A model generated the notes under the pieces. It was not told where the DNA came from. It ran no database searches and was given only the letters and a program-made list of their open reading frames with translations. 64,000 nt of DNA from Selaginella moellendorffii (Eukaryota > Plantae > Lycopodiophyta), in contig NW_003314329.1 of the NCBI RefSeq assembly GCF_000143415.4, forward strand, positions 577,421-641,420, read 5' to 3'. The position numbers were made by a program, and so were the translations under genes. Each line of letters begins with the position of its first letter. The stretch's first letter is position 1. Of the stretch, positions 50,377 through 63,915 are shown piece after piece.

Positions 50377-51354
50377 AATTAACGGTCACGATCAATTTTT
50401 TAATAGTACTTGGATATATTTATAGGACAAATCCACTATGAACATAGATTTCATGTATTCTTTCCAAAGAGACAATCATTCAATGCTTTAGATATTAATT
50501 GTATAATTGATTGTGAGAGGAATAATACTGTTGAAATGAATGGGGTTATGAGCGAGAGGCGATGATTAATCATGAGAGTTGTATCATTAATTTCTTGTTC
50601 TCCCTTCCATCTCCATGCTCTTTTCCCTTCAAAAGAGTTTTATTCTGTTGTGATAAATGAGAAAGACTAGAGCTCAAAAAGGTTGGTTCATGCACGGTTT
50701 TTCCGGTGGCTCTTTAACATTCTCATATATCTCTAGATTTTAAATGATTGTATATTTTGTTAAAATCTTTAACTTGTCCTTTGTAAGGACACAGCTAATT
50801 AAAGCTCACAATACAGAAGAATATCTTTGTTCTTTCTTATCAGTTTCTCCCCAAATTTTTTCTAAGTGCTTGAGCAAGGAGAAGATATGAGAGAATTCTA
50901 CTTGAAGTTTGATTAAGAGCCTCCAATTGTTTTCTCTAAGAATGTTATAGGAGAGAGCTTCCTCTGCAGAAGATTTAAGTTGAAGCCGGGATCAATTAGT
51001 TTGGAGAATGTATGTCGGGATAAGGGTAATCAGATAGAAAAATCCATTCTTCTTGACAGTGGTGTGGGAGAGAATGGGATTTAATGGGATCTTGATAGAT
51101 GTACAAGTCGGGAGATTCTAGTTATAGGATCTCCAAAGCAAGTAAAGGAGAGTGCGTCAGTTTCACAACCAACTATGCAAGGAGTGAAGGATGAAGTTGT
51201 TATTTTCTCCAGTGACAAAAGTGAAGAAGATGAGCTTCTTAATATAGCTTCCCATACAAGTAGGTGTGTTCCTTTTGGACCAGTTTTTGAAGCAGTGGAT
51301 AAGGCATTTCGGCAATCTCGATCATTACGGTTGGAATTGAAAGAATTTTAGTAC

Positions 51355-53783
51355 ATGAGAGGTGAGGAGCTTCTGCCTTCCTATAATGGGAATATATTCT
51401 TTGAATTTCCACCAACTAGTTTGTCAATCAAGAAGAGGGGCATGGAGATGCGTCTTGATCCACATAATTGGTGCAGAGTAAAGATGACCCACTTCTCCCA
51501 TTTCGACGAATCTGTGTCCATAGTCCATTGTGGTGGACAGCTTCAATGTGTCGCTGAGAAATGCATTTCTGATCATGGCAAAAATATGTGTTTCTTTGAA
51601 GGCTCAGCAATCAATCCCCCTAGGCATGATAAGATCGCTATAGGGTTTAAATGTTGCAAATGCGGGGCAACACTTGTTTGTCAAGCATGTTGTGATGCAA
51701 AAATGTATTATTTTCTTTCACGGGATGGATGTTTAGATAGAGCAGCAGTGCATGTTGGATACCACCAACACGCAATAGAGGAAGGAATCCGCCGTGATTC
51801 TTTTTGCAATTTGAAGGCTGCTATTACTACAGAGGCTAGGAAGAAAAGTGCTGCAACTCCAAAGTGTGTTCAACAGTCTATACTAAAGGACTATGTGGTG
51901 AATACGTTGCTACAAGCTAATAACAAAAAAGAGTTCACAGAGAATAGCTTGAAGGACTTGCTTTGAAATATAGAACCCATGACAAATTTAAACAGGTATA
52001 AATTAATATTTAACTTTACTTTATTACTAGAAACACTCCTTTTTTTTAGCAGAATAAAGAACTGGATGCAAAAAAGGCAAGATGGAAAGCTTCAATCTGG
52101 ATTGGATGTGATTTTGGAGTAAAAAAGAAAATGTCTCTATGAATTTATTCATAAGAGTTTATTTGTTAGCCAAGTGACTTCGAACATTCAATGCCCTTTC
52201 ATCTTTAAAATGTTCACCCTTGGTCTTGCTTCTGGTGTGGACCTTGTACAATGAATGGATATAGATGGAGACAGGGACTTTGCTAATTCCTGGATCCATT
52301 TTGACCATATGGAATGAGTTTTAGGCTGGTCAACAATGGGAGTTTATATTTATGATCACAAGTAAGTGGTTATTCATTTTCTAAGGATCCATATTAATTT
52401 ACATTATAACCATTCCTTCTATAGGCTGTAGTGTAATTTGACTATAGCTATAGCCGAATTCAAGATTCAAGATTTCCAAGCACAAACCGTCTTTTGGACA
52501 TGTATGTTCGAGATTGTTGAACAACAAACTGGGAAGAAACCCAACTTCCGTGGTTTCATGGCAAATGTTGCTAGTGCTAACTAGTTGGCTGTACAACAAG
52601 TATTCAGAGGTGATAAAAATCAGCCATTACAAGGTAGAGAGAAGAGTTGTGAGTTTTATTAGGTTTTATTAGTTTGCTGGTATAGGTCCAAACTTAGATA
52701 GGTTTCGAGAGTGGGTTGGTAAAAGGACAACACCAGTAGCAGGGTCAATATCTAAGATAGTGGGGGAAGTTGTTACTGGAACTCCTATGGAATCAAGCCA
52801 TGAACCACTTGGGGACATGAGGACAGCCCGTTTGAAGCGTTGACAAACACTTGATGGGCCTAACATCACTCCTTCTAGCTCTCACCATCCAGAGTTTGAC
52901 TACCATTTTGTTTCACGACACCGGAGAAGAACTAAGGAACAATGGAGGAGGTGCTAATTGTTACACAAGTAAATCCAATGCCAGAGGTTGAGAAGATTAT
53001 TACTCGTGAGCCAGTTTCTTGTATCAACTGGGCAATTCAAAGAGTCAGTGCCAAGAGTAATGCGTGTTGCTCTGGAATGATTGGGAGTTGAGGTCAATGT
53101 CTTCCATTTGTGCGTTCAGGTTCAAGTTCTTCAATAGTACCATATTTCTGGGGTTGTCGAGATCTAGGGGTAAAGGGCCGCTAGTCAAGTTGGATTTACT
53201 ATTGTGGGACTGATGTTACTCATACAAACCGGATCCACAACTCAATTATCTTGAAGCTAGATTCTGTGCCAGAGGAGTGGCCAATTAAGCGAAGCTACAA
53301 TCTTTTAAAAGAAGAGATTGAAAGGCTGGAGAGAGTTGGTTTCAAGCTGAAGACTTGCTCAAATGTTGCTATTGATACTACTATGCCACCAATGTCAACA
53401 CTAGACTGGAATACACGACCAGCTAGAAATGGGAAGGCTGTACAATATAGGTCTTCCATTTCAAAAGGTGCACAAGAGAAGATTAAGCTGGCAAAGGCTT
53501 TAAAATGCACAATCACAAGGATAAATTACATCAATGCCGTGGCTAAGGAGTTTGTGTTGTTGTGACTGAGTCGTCAAAGGGTACGAGTTACACTATCAGA
53601 ATCTAAGAAAATCCATCTTGTACGTGTCCAGATTTTATATAGAGGGAGAACAGGGGAAAGGTATATTTAACTTGCAAGCATATCTATTACATTTTTATGC
53701 AGGAACTAAACCAAGATCCTAAGGTTAACCATCACATCCATCAGGCAAACCTTACAATTGCAAAGCTTCAGAAATGTTTCTAG
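51355..53783 (+). pseudogene. Mutator-like transposase (GCM-like zinc domain, DDE core, SWIM finger), disrupted; true start probably further upstream
   Basis: 'CGGQLQC..C..CCKCGATLVCQACCDAKMY..AAVHVGYHQH'; 'WIHFDHME*VLGWSTMGVYIYD' (~52290); 'PNFRGFMANVASAN*LAVQQVF..GREKSCEFY' (~52540-52660); SWIM 'PSCTCPDF..TCKHIYYIF' (~53613-53697). Confidence 0.8.
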
Positions 53784-54613
53784 ATCACTTTTGTCTATAT
53801 TTATATTTGTATTTTATTGATCGAATTTACTTGGAAATATAGATTAAATTAAAATTTGAAAAATGAAAAGATGTTGGTTTGGGACGAACCAATGTTTTCC
53901 TTGTGTTTGAGAAGTTGTGAGCTCAACTCATGAGCTCATGAGCTCAAAACCTACCTGGGCTCCAAGAGATGAGCACAAAGCAATCTATAAATGAATTTTT
54001 AGAAAGAGATGAAAGAATGATTGATATGTGGTACATGTCATAACATATGGAAGTGTCAACATCAAATTGAGTTTAAGATTGAGTCTAAGACATAGTTTGA
54101 GACCAAGTCCAAGTGTTCAAGTCCAAAACTAAGCTCAAAACTAAATTTGAGACTCTAAGATTGAGTCTAACATTGAGTTTAAGACTAAATCTAAATATTA
54201 ATATAGTTTGTGGGTGAAAGCCTAAAGTGATCTTTTCCCAAACCTTGAGAACTTGCAAATCCTTATGGGATAGTAAGGGAGGACTCCAAGGAAACCAATG
54301 TAATTAAGGAAAGCTATACTTGAGTGGTGGGTGATAATATGAACATTGAGGAATCTAAACTTAGAATGAATATAGTGTAAGCGATTAAATTTTCCATTTT
54401 ACTTTAATTACTTAACCACACTTTCAACTACTTGAAAGAGTGACCTCCATAAGTTCCATTCCCAATTTGGGGATATATTAACCCCGTGAATGACATGTAT
54501 GTCTTTAACTTTTGCACTTGATCCAAGTGCTCCATGTGTTTGATCCCATAATTGACACCCGTAGGGTACCACTAACATATCAGCCCGTTACGCAAAGGTA
54601 ATGTTTATTCACC

Positions 54614-56331
54614 TGTGAGACACAAATCCCTAAACCCCAAAGTAAAGCCGAAAGGGTGCCATATGGTAGTGGCCGAAGTGAAAGCCAAACGAGTGTAACA
54701 CGTTTGGAATAAAAAGGCTTCGACTTGAAAGGTTGAGAGCGGGAGTGGAACTCCCAACGGAGTGCTCAAGGAATGAGCATGAAGTGAGCAATAAAAGAGT
54801 CTCTAGAAAATGGATACAAGAGGACCAACACATGACACGAGATGGACTCGAGATGGACCTGAGATGGAGTTCGAGATGGACCCGAGATGGTGTCTGAGAT
54901 GGACCCTAGATGGCGTCCGAGATGGAGTCCAAGATGGACCCAAGATAGACCCGAGATGGAGTCCGAGATGGACCCGAGATGGACCCGAGATGGAGTCCGA
55001 GATAGAGTCCGAGATGGACTGAGATGGAGTCTGAGATGGAGTCCGAGATGGACCCAAGGTGGAATCCAAGATGGAGTCCGAGAAGGACCTGAGATGGAGC
55101 CCGAGATGGACCCGAGATGGAGTCTGAGATGGACCTGAGATGGAGTTCGAGATGGACCCATGATGGAGTCTGAGATGGAGCCGAGATGGAATCCGAGATG
55201 GAGTCCGAGAAGGACCCAAGATGGAGTCCGAAGTCGAGATCGAGACGGAGACTGAGACCGAGACCGAGACCAAGACCGAGAACGAGGCCGAGGCCGAGAC
55301 TGAGCCCAAGCCCGACTCTGAGTCCGAGTCTGAGTCCGAGTTCAAGTCTGAGAGGGTGAAAGCCCAAAGCGTTCGTCTCCCAGACCCTAGGGGGTTTGGT
55401 GAGCTCCAAAAGTATAGTAGGGGGAGGACTCTAGTGGAGTTAGTTTGGCCAGGAAAGGTCAGTTTGGCCCAGGAAGGCTGTACCCAGATGTTGGGTGATG
55501 GGATACCACTGGGAAGTCCAAGGCTAGAGTGAATATGGACTGACAAGTAGGGTAGCTTGGTGAAGTATTCAAGAGTCGGCTCTAGTTCCCTTGGGAGATC
55601 GAATGGTCGATGCTCCCAATCCAAGTGTGGGTGGCACTACCTACTTGGATACCTAGTGTGGCTCAATGGAACCTTGCTCTAAGCCCATGGATTGAGCACC
55701 CAAAGGTGGAAGGCGGGGAGAGTACCCATGAGGGTCGCATAGGGCCATGATGTTCCGAAATGTTGTCACAAAGTCCTAGATTGTAGAGTGGAAGAGGAGT
55801 AGTCCTCTAGTGTGGTGACCAAGGATACAGTCATGTGGTGAGAAAGTCCTAGAGGACAGTGGGACTTAGTGGTCGGGCCTGTGGGCCTTATCCCAGTGGC
55901 AGAGTAGGCAAACTCGGCCATGGATAGAAAAGGGACTTAGTGGGGATTGTAAAAGGGATTTTGGGGAAGGCAGATCCCCTTGTCTGCTAAGGAGTGGATC
56001 TTGGATGGTCACTTCTGGATGGATGGCCTAGTCGTTGAGAGATGGGACTTCGATGCAGGTGGTGCTAGACCACTGGTGGTACAAAGGTGAATGGGTATGG
56101 CATTAGCCTAACGGGCTGATATGTCGGTGGTACCTTTGGGTGTCGGTCTTGGGACTGGACATGTGGAACACTTGGACTAGGTGCAAAGGATGAGTGGTAT
56201 GGATGCCATTCTCGAGGCTAGCAAGTCCCAAGTCCTGAATTGGACTTAAGGAGGTTATGAATGAGACTCCTCCAAATGGTCAGAGGTGTGGTTAAGTGAC
56301 TAAAGTAGGATGGAAAAATTAATCACTTACA
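54614..56331 (+). mobile_element. Solo LTR
   Basis: TGTGAGA...CTTACA with a perfect 5-bp TSD TCACC (54609-54613 / 56332-56336). Confidence 0.95.
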
Positions 56332-56605
56332 TCACCCTTATCTCATTGGTAATTTAAGACCACCCGTGCCATACTTCCATCTCTCAAAAATTGGGCCATC
56401 CGTCCATGAGTAGTCATCCTAGAATCACACCTTAGCATCCTGAAAATGCCTAGAAACGTAGGGAACACCCTTCTTTAATATCCCTCTATCAGTCCCCACC
56501 AAATCCCATTCCATCCACGTGTAAACGACTAATTTTTCCATTCTACTTTAGTCATTTACCCACACCTCCGACCATTTGGAGGAGTCTCACTCACAACCTC
56601 CATAA

Positions 56606-58330
56606 TGTAAGTGACTAAATTTTCCATTCTACTTTAGTCACTTAACCACACCTCTGACCACTTGGAGGAGTCTCATTCACAACCTCCATAAGTCCAATCC
56701 AGGACTTGGGACTTGCTAGCCCCGAGAATGGCATCCATGCCACTCATCATTTGCACTTGGTCCAAGTGCTCCACGTGTCTGATCCCATGACCGACACTCA
56801 AAGGTACCACCGACNNNNNNNNNNNNNNNNNNNNNNNNNNNNNNNNNNNNNNNNNNNNNNNNNNNNNNNNNNNNNNNNNNNNNNNNNNNNNNNNNNNNNN
56901 NNNNNNNNNNNNNNNNNNNNNNNNNNNNNNNNNNNNNNNNNNNNNNNNNNNNNNNNNNNNNNNNNNNNNNNNNNNNNNNNNNNNNNNNNNNNNNNNNNNN
57001 NNNNNNNNNNNNNNNNNNNNNNNNNNNNNNNNNNNNNNNNNNNNNNNNNNNNNNNNNNNNNNNNNNNNNCCACAGGCCTGACCACTAAGTCCCACGGTCC
57101 TCTGGGACTTCCTCACCACACGACTGTGTCCTTGGTCACTACCCCAGAGGACTGCTCCTCTTCCTTTCCACAGTCTGGGCCTTTGGGGCAACATTTCGGA
57201 ACACCGTGGTCTTACGCGAGCCACCTGGGTACTCTCCCCGCCTTTCACCTTTAGGTGCTCTAGCCATGGGCTTAGAGCGAGGTTCCGTTGAGCCACGCCT
57301 GGTATCCAAGTAGGTAGTGCCACCCACACTTGGACTGGGAGCATCGGCCAGTCGATCTCCCGGGGGAACTAGAGCCGGCTCTTGAACACTTCACCAAGCT
57401 ACCCTGCTTGTCGGTCTGTGTTCACTCTAGTCTTGGACTTCCCAGTGGGCAGCTCATCACCCAACACTGGGTCCGGCCTTTTTGGGCCAAACTGGCCTTT
57501 CCTGGCCAAACTAGCCTTTCCTGGCCAAACTGGCTCCACTGCAGTCCTCCCCCTACTATACTTTTGGAGCTCACCAAACCCCCCAGGGTCTGGGAGACGA
57601 ACGCTTTGGGCTTTCACCCTCTCAGGCTTCGGACTCGGACTCGGACTCGGACTCGGACTCGGACTCGGACTCGGACTCGGATTCGGACTCGGACTCGGGC
57701 TCGGGCTCGGTCTCGGCCTCGGCCTCGGTCTCGGTCTCGGTCCCGATCTCGGTCTCGGTCTCGGTCTCGGTCCCGGTCTCAGTCTCGACTTCGGACTCCA
57801 TCTCGGACTCCATCTCGGACTCCATCTCGGACTGCATCTCGGACTCCATCTCGGGTCCATCTCGGGTCCATCTCGGACTCCATCTCGGACTCCATCTCGG
57901 GTCCATCTCGGACTCCATCTCGGGTCCATCTCGGACTCCATCTCGGACTCCATTTCGGGTCCATCTCGGGTCCACCTTGGACTCCATCTCGGACTCCATC
58001 TCGGACTCCATCTCGGGTCCATCTCGGACTCCACTTCGGACTCCAGCTTGGGTCCATCTTGGGTCCACCTTGGACTCCACTTCGGACTCCATCTCGGACA
58101 CTCCCACGTGTCATGTGTTGGTCCTTTTGGGTCCCTTTTTGGAGCCTCGCCGTTTGCTCGCTTCGTGCTCGTTCCTCGAGCACTTCGTTGGGAGTTCCAC
58201 TCCCGCTCTTGACTTTTCAAGTCGGAGCTTTTGGTCCAAACGTGTTACGCTCGTTTGGCTCTCGCTTCGGCCACTACCATGTGGCGCCCTTCCGGCTCCA
58301 CTTTGGGGCCTAGGGATTTTGTGTCTCACA
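56606..58330 (-). mobile_element. Apparent solo LTR (spans an assembly gap)
   Basis: Perfect TSD CATAA (56601-56605 / 58331-58335). The N-gap could hide more sequence. Confidence 0.85.
56815..57069. other. Assembly gap (N run)
   Basis: Run of N. Confidence 1.
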
Positions 58331-59319
58331 CATAAGTCCTATTTCAGGCTTGGGCTTGTTAGCCCCGAGAATGGCATCCCCGCCACTCAACCTTTGCACT
58401 TGGTCCAAGTGCTCCACGTGTCCGATCTCATGACCGACACCCCAAGGTACCACTGACATACTGGCCCATTACACTAAGGCCATGCCCATTCACCTTGGTC
58501 ACACCGGTGGTCCAACACCACCTACATCACGGTCCCATCTCTCAAAGACTGGGCCATCCATCCATGAGTGATCATCCCCGATCCACTCCTTAGCATCCTT
58601 AGGATGCCCATAGACACGGGGATTCGCCTTCCCCAATATCCCTTTTCCGGTCCCCACCAAGTCCCTTTCTGCCCATGGCCGTGTTTGCCAACACTGCCAC
58701 TGGATCGAGGCCCACAGGCTCGACCACTAAGTCCCACGGTCCTCTGGGACTTCCTCGCCACCCGATTGTATCCTTGGTCACTACACCAGAGGACTACTCT
58801 TCTTCCTTTCCACAGTCTAGGCCCTTGGGACAACATTTCGGAACACCGTGGCCCTACGCGGGCCTCATGGGTACTCTCCCCACCTTCCGCCTTTGGGTGC
58901 TCTAGCCATGGGCTTAAAGCGAGGTTCCGTTGAGCCACACCTGGTATCCAAATAGGTAGTGCCACCCACACTTGGATTGGGAGTATCGGCCAGTTGATCT
59001 CCTGGGGGAACTAGAGCCGGCTCTTGAACACTTCACCAAGCTACCCCGCTTGTCGGTCCGTATTCACTGTAGTCTTGGACTTCCCAGTGGTCAGTTCATC
59101 ACCCAACACAGGGTCTGGCCTTCCTAGGCCAAACTGGCCTTTCCTGGCCAAACTGGCTCCACTGCAGTCCTCCCCCTTACTATACTTTTGGAGCTCACCA
59201 AACCCCCCAGGGTCTGGGAGACAAATGCTTTGGGCTTTCACCCTCTCAGACTCGGACTCGGACTCGGACTCGGACTCGGGCTCAGTCTCGGCCTTTCCCT
59301 CAGTCTCGGTCTCGGTCCT

Positions 59320-59371
<52 letters not shown>

Positions 59372-62300
59372 CCGGTCTCGGTCCTGGTCTCGGTCTCGAC
59401 CTCGGACTCCGTCCTAGTCCTGGTCTCGGTCTCGACCTCGGATTCCATCTCGGGTCCATCTTGGATTCCATCTTGGACTCCGTCTCGGTCCATCTCGGAC
59501 TCCATCTCGGACTCCATCTCGGACTTCGTCTCGGACTCCATCTCGGACTCCGTCTCGGTCCATCTCGGACTCCATCTCAGACTCCATTGTGGACTCCGTC
59601 TCAGTCCATCTCGGACTCCATCTCGGACTCCACCTCGGACTCCATCTCGGACTCCACCTCGGACTCCATCTCGGACTCCGTCTTGGTCCATCTCGGACTC
59701 CATCTCGGATTCCACTTCGGACTCCATCTCAGACTCCATCTCGGACTCCACCTCGGACTCCACCTCGGACTCCACCTCGGACTCCACCTCGGACTCCATC
59801 TCAGACTCCATCTCGGACTGCACCTCGGACTCCACCTCGGACTCCATCTTGGACTCCGTCTTGGTCCATCTCGGACTCCATCTCAGACACTTCCACGTGT
59901 CATGTGTTGGTCCTTTTGGGTCCCTTTTTGGAGCCTCGCTTATTGCTCGCTTCGTGCTTGGTCCTTGAGCACTTTGTTGGGAGTTCCACTCCCGCTCTCG
60001 ACCTCACAAGTTGGAGCTTTTAGTCCAAATGTGTTACGCTCGTTTGGCTTTCGCTTTGACCACTACCACGTGGCACCCTTTCTGGCTCCACTTTGGGGCC
60101 TAGGGATTTTTTGTCTCACACCACGGCAATGCTTGCTAACACTGCCACTGAGTTAGGGCCCAAAGGCCTGACTGCTAAGTCACATTGACCTTTGGGACTT
60201 CCACACCATATAACCATGCCCTTGGTCACTACACAAGAGGACTACTCCTTTTTTTTTCCACAGTCTGGGATTTTAAGATGATATTTTGAAACATTGTGGC
60301 CCTATCCAAGCCTCATGGGTACTCTTTGCACCTTCTGCCTTTGGGTGCCTTAGCTTCCTGTTTGTAGTTTTTTGCAACTTTAGACATTGGATAGTATCTC
60401 CTATGCATTATTCTCTAAGGATTTAGACCTTAGGGCCTTATTTAATGCCCTTATGATACCAAACACCACTTTTTGGGTGTTTTAGAGTGTTTAGATGTCC
60501 TAATAATGAACTTCTTTGACAGTGAGTATTTCCTTTTATGACATTAACACATTATATCACAACATAAGTAATTTATCCCTCAAGGGATATATTTAACTCC
60601 TTTCTTGTCTCAATAAAAAGTTTTGGGAAGTTGATTTCCACCAATTCAATCAATTATGCCACACATTTTGCTTAGTTGTTTTATAGTTGTTAAGTTTTAT
60701 AACTCATTGCTAGTGCTTTTACACCTCCATCATTATTTGGGTCCATGCACTCAAATTGCATGCCTTCTAGCTTAGGCTATACCAATCTCATTTCCATTGG
60801 GATTCATTTAGCAAAGATTTCTCATGAATCAACCAACTTAACTTTAAGGCCTCATCCCTTGAAACATTTGGTGTCTCTACACCATTGGCCTTATGAGCCT
60901 ACTCTCACGACACTTCCCATTTGTGTCTAGGTCTTACTAAGACCATAATAGTCATTTCTCATACCAAGTATCAATTAGCATTATGACATAGTATTCACAT
61001 ACAACCCTTTGCCAAAGTTGCTTTATTTTATAAATACCTTTTCCTACAACTTTAGTATGGCCCATTTGCCATCAATGAGATACTCATTATTCTCATACTT
61101 GAATCTCACGATCCTCCCTATCCTTCGTAGAGTACAATATACTTCAGTCAAAATGTTTTTACTAATCCTTTAAGACCATTCCTTGATTCCATTTGAGTCA
61201 TTTAGTTTTTTGGACTTTGCTAATTTGACGACTCGTAAAGTCTTAGCCTCATGGCTACTTTAAGGTGCTAGCTCATTGGAATACAATTTCTTGTATTCAT
61301 ATCCTATTCACAAGGATTATCTTGGCAAGTGTTACTCTGACACTTGATTATTATAAATTCCATGTGGGTTACCTTTGCCTCTTAGGATTATTTATTCATA
61401 TGATGAGAATACTGACTCATCCTCTAAGTACACTGCCAACCCCTTGGGTTGTTTTAGCATTTATTTAAGGTAACCCCGATTACCATTTCAAAAACTTATG
61501 TTGTCATTTGTATTTGACCTTCTATGGTTACCAACTCTAGTCTCAAATTCTTAAGCACCATCCTCAACTATATGAGGATAACTTTATGACTCATTTATCA
61601 TGTAGAAATTTCCATCATTCCCATGATCCCAAGTATAGTTTTTTATCGTAACCATAGTATCCAATTTGCTAAATCAAATGCTTTTATGAATCATATCCTC
61701 AACTCTCTAAGGAAAACCTTATACTATTCCCAAGATCTAAAAGTTGTTCCTTTATTGACCCCTTCGTATCCATCACATTGCCTACATATTCATGTATGAA
61801 CTAAAGTGGAGAGTCATGCTTTGTCGACATACTACTCCTCGAGGATAGGCCCACTCTTGGGACTTCCTAATGCCAATACAAGTGGTGATATACTTGACTA
61901 TCAATGAGAGTCAGACTAAGGAAAAACTTCAATACTAAGCTGTAAGCAACTAAAATTTTCATTCTACTTTAGTCACTTAACCACACTTTTGACTACTTAG
62001 AGGAGTGTCACTCACAACCTCCATAAGTCCCATTCTTGACTTGGGGACATGTTAGCCCCATGAATGGCATCTATGCCACTTAGCCTTTGCATTTGGTTTA
62101 AGTGCTCCACATGTCTGATTCGATGATTGACACCCCTAGGGTACCATTAACATATCAACTTGTTATGCTAAGGTAATGTCCATTCACTTTTGTCTTATTA
62201 GTAGTCTAACACCATTTGTGCCATAGTCCCATCTCTCAAAAATTAGGCCATCCATCTATGAGTGGTCAGCCTAGAACCACACCTTAGCATCCTTAGGATG

Positions 62301-63915
62301 CCTAAAGACATGGGGAACACCCTTCCCCAATATCCCTCTATCGGTCCCCACGTGCTCAAAGTTAGGGCTTGAATTCTTGACTACTAAGTCTTATTAACCT
62401 TTGGGACTTCTCACCACATAACCATGCCCTTGGTCAGTATGCAAGAGGACTGCTCCTCTTTCTTTCCACAATCTAGGACTTTGGGATGATATTTCTAAAC
62501 ACTATGGCCTTATTCGAGCCTCATGGATACTTTCCCTGCCTTCTACCTTTAGGTGCCCTAGCTATGTAGCTAGAGCGAGGTTTTGATGAGCCATGCCAAG
62601 TATTTAAATAAGTAGTGCCACCCATAGTTGGAAACCATTTGATCTCCTAGAGAAGCTAGAGTTGGCTCTTGAACACTTCACCAAGTTACCCCACTTTTCC
62701 ATCCATGTTCACTCTAGCCTTAGACTCCTTAATGGTTATATCATCACACATCACGTAGGTATAGCTTTCCTTAGTCACACTAGCCTTTCCTAGCCAAACT
62801 AGTTCCACTGGAATCCTCCCCCTACTATCCTTTTAAAGCTCATCAAACCCCCTAGGGTCTGAGAGATGATTGCTTTGGGCTTTTACCCTTGGACTCAGAC
62901 TTAGACTCAAACTTATTCTCAGACTCGGTCTCAGTCTCGGTCTCGGTCTTGGTCTTGGTCTCAGCCTCAATCTTGGACCCAATCTTAATTTCCATCTCAG
63001 ACTCGACCTCGAGCTCTATCTCAAACTCCATTTTGTACTTTTTCTCGGACTCCATATCAAATTCCATTTTGAACTCCATTTCGAGTCCATCTCAAACTCC
63101 ATCTCAGACTCCATCTCGAGTCTATCTTGGACTTCAACTTAAACTCCATCTCAAACTACTTCTCAAACTCTATCTCGGGTCCATCTTGGGTCCATTTTGA
63201 TCTTGATTCCCACACTTCTACATGTCATGTGTTGGTCTTATTGTGTCCCTTTTCTAGGTTTGTTTATTGATCATTTTGTTCTCATTCCTCAAGCACTTCA
63301 TTAGGAGTTCCACTCTCACTCTCGATTTTTTGAGTTGGAGCTTTTAGTCTAAATGTGTTATGCTCATTTGGCTTCCATTTGGGCCACTACCATGTGGCAC
63401 CCTATCGGCTCCACTTTGGGGCTTAGGGATTTGTATCTCACATATAAATGGATGAGTGGGGTGATTTAGTGAAGTATTCAAGAGTTGACTTTATCTCCTT
63501 TAGGAGACCAAATGATTGATACTCCCAATCCAATTGTGGGTGGCATTACTTATTTGGATACTTTATGTGCTTCATTAGAACCTCACTCTAGCCATGTGGT
63601 TAGGGCATCCTAGTGGTTGAAACACCTTATTAGCTGAAGGTGGGGAGAGTAAGCACTTATGTTAGGCTGTAATGTTTCAAAATATCATCCCAAGATCCTT
63701 GACTATGGAAATGAAAAAAAATGGCTCTCTTACCTAATAAGTGAGGAAGCCTTAAAAGTTAATGAAACTTCTTTGGGCCCTAACCCAATAATGGTGTTGA
63801 TAAGCACTTCTATGATTGAAGAAGGACTTAGTAGGAAAAGATATTAAAGGATGATATTCCCTTAAATCTTAGAGCATCTTAAAAATGTTAAAAAATGGTC
63901 ATAAGGAAATCATTT

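Larger units (their letters stand above)
45540..53961. mobile_element. Mutator-like DNA transposon (~8.4 kb) with two divergent genes
   Basis: Interrupts an LTR that is contiguous across the insertion. Imperfect 9-bp TSD: TCGAGAGAT (45531-45539) / CCAAGAGAT (53962-53970). Degenerate inverted terminal motif TCATGAGYTGAGCTCA. MULE-type transposase remnants. Confidence 0.82.
56520..60120 (-). mobile_element. Solo LTR, itself interrupted by another solo LTR
   Basis: Perfect TSD CCACG (56515-56519 / 60121-60125). Confidence 0.93.
54376..63442 (-). mobile_element. Older, internally deleted LTR element in reverse orientation (LTR 61941-63442, degenerate PBS ~61927-61937, partial internal region, second LTR from 54376) hosting three solo LTRs
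   Basis: TG..CA ends with flanks TATAG (54371-54375) / TATAA (63443-63447). The host LTR is contiguous across it. Confidence 0.8.
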
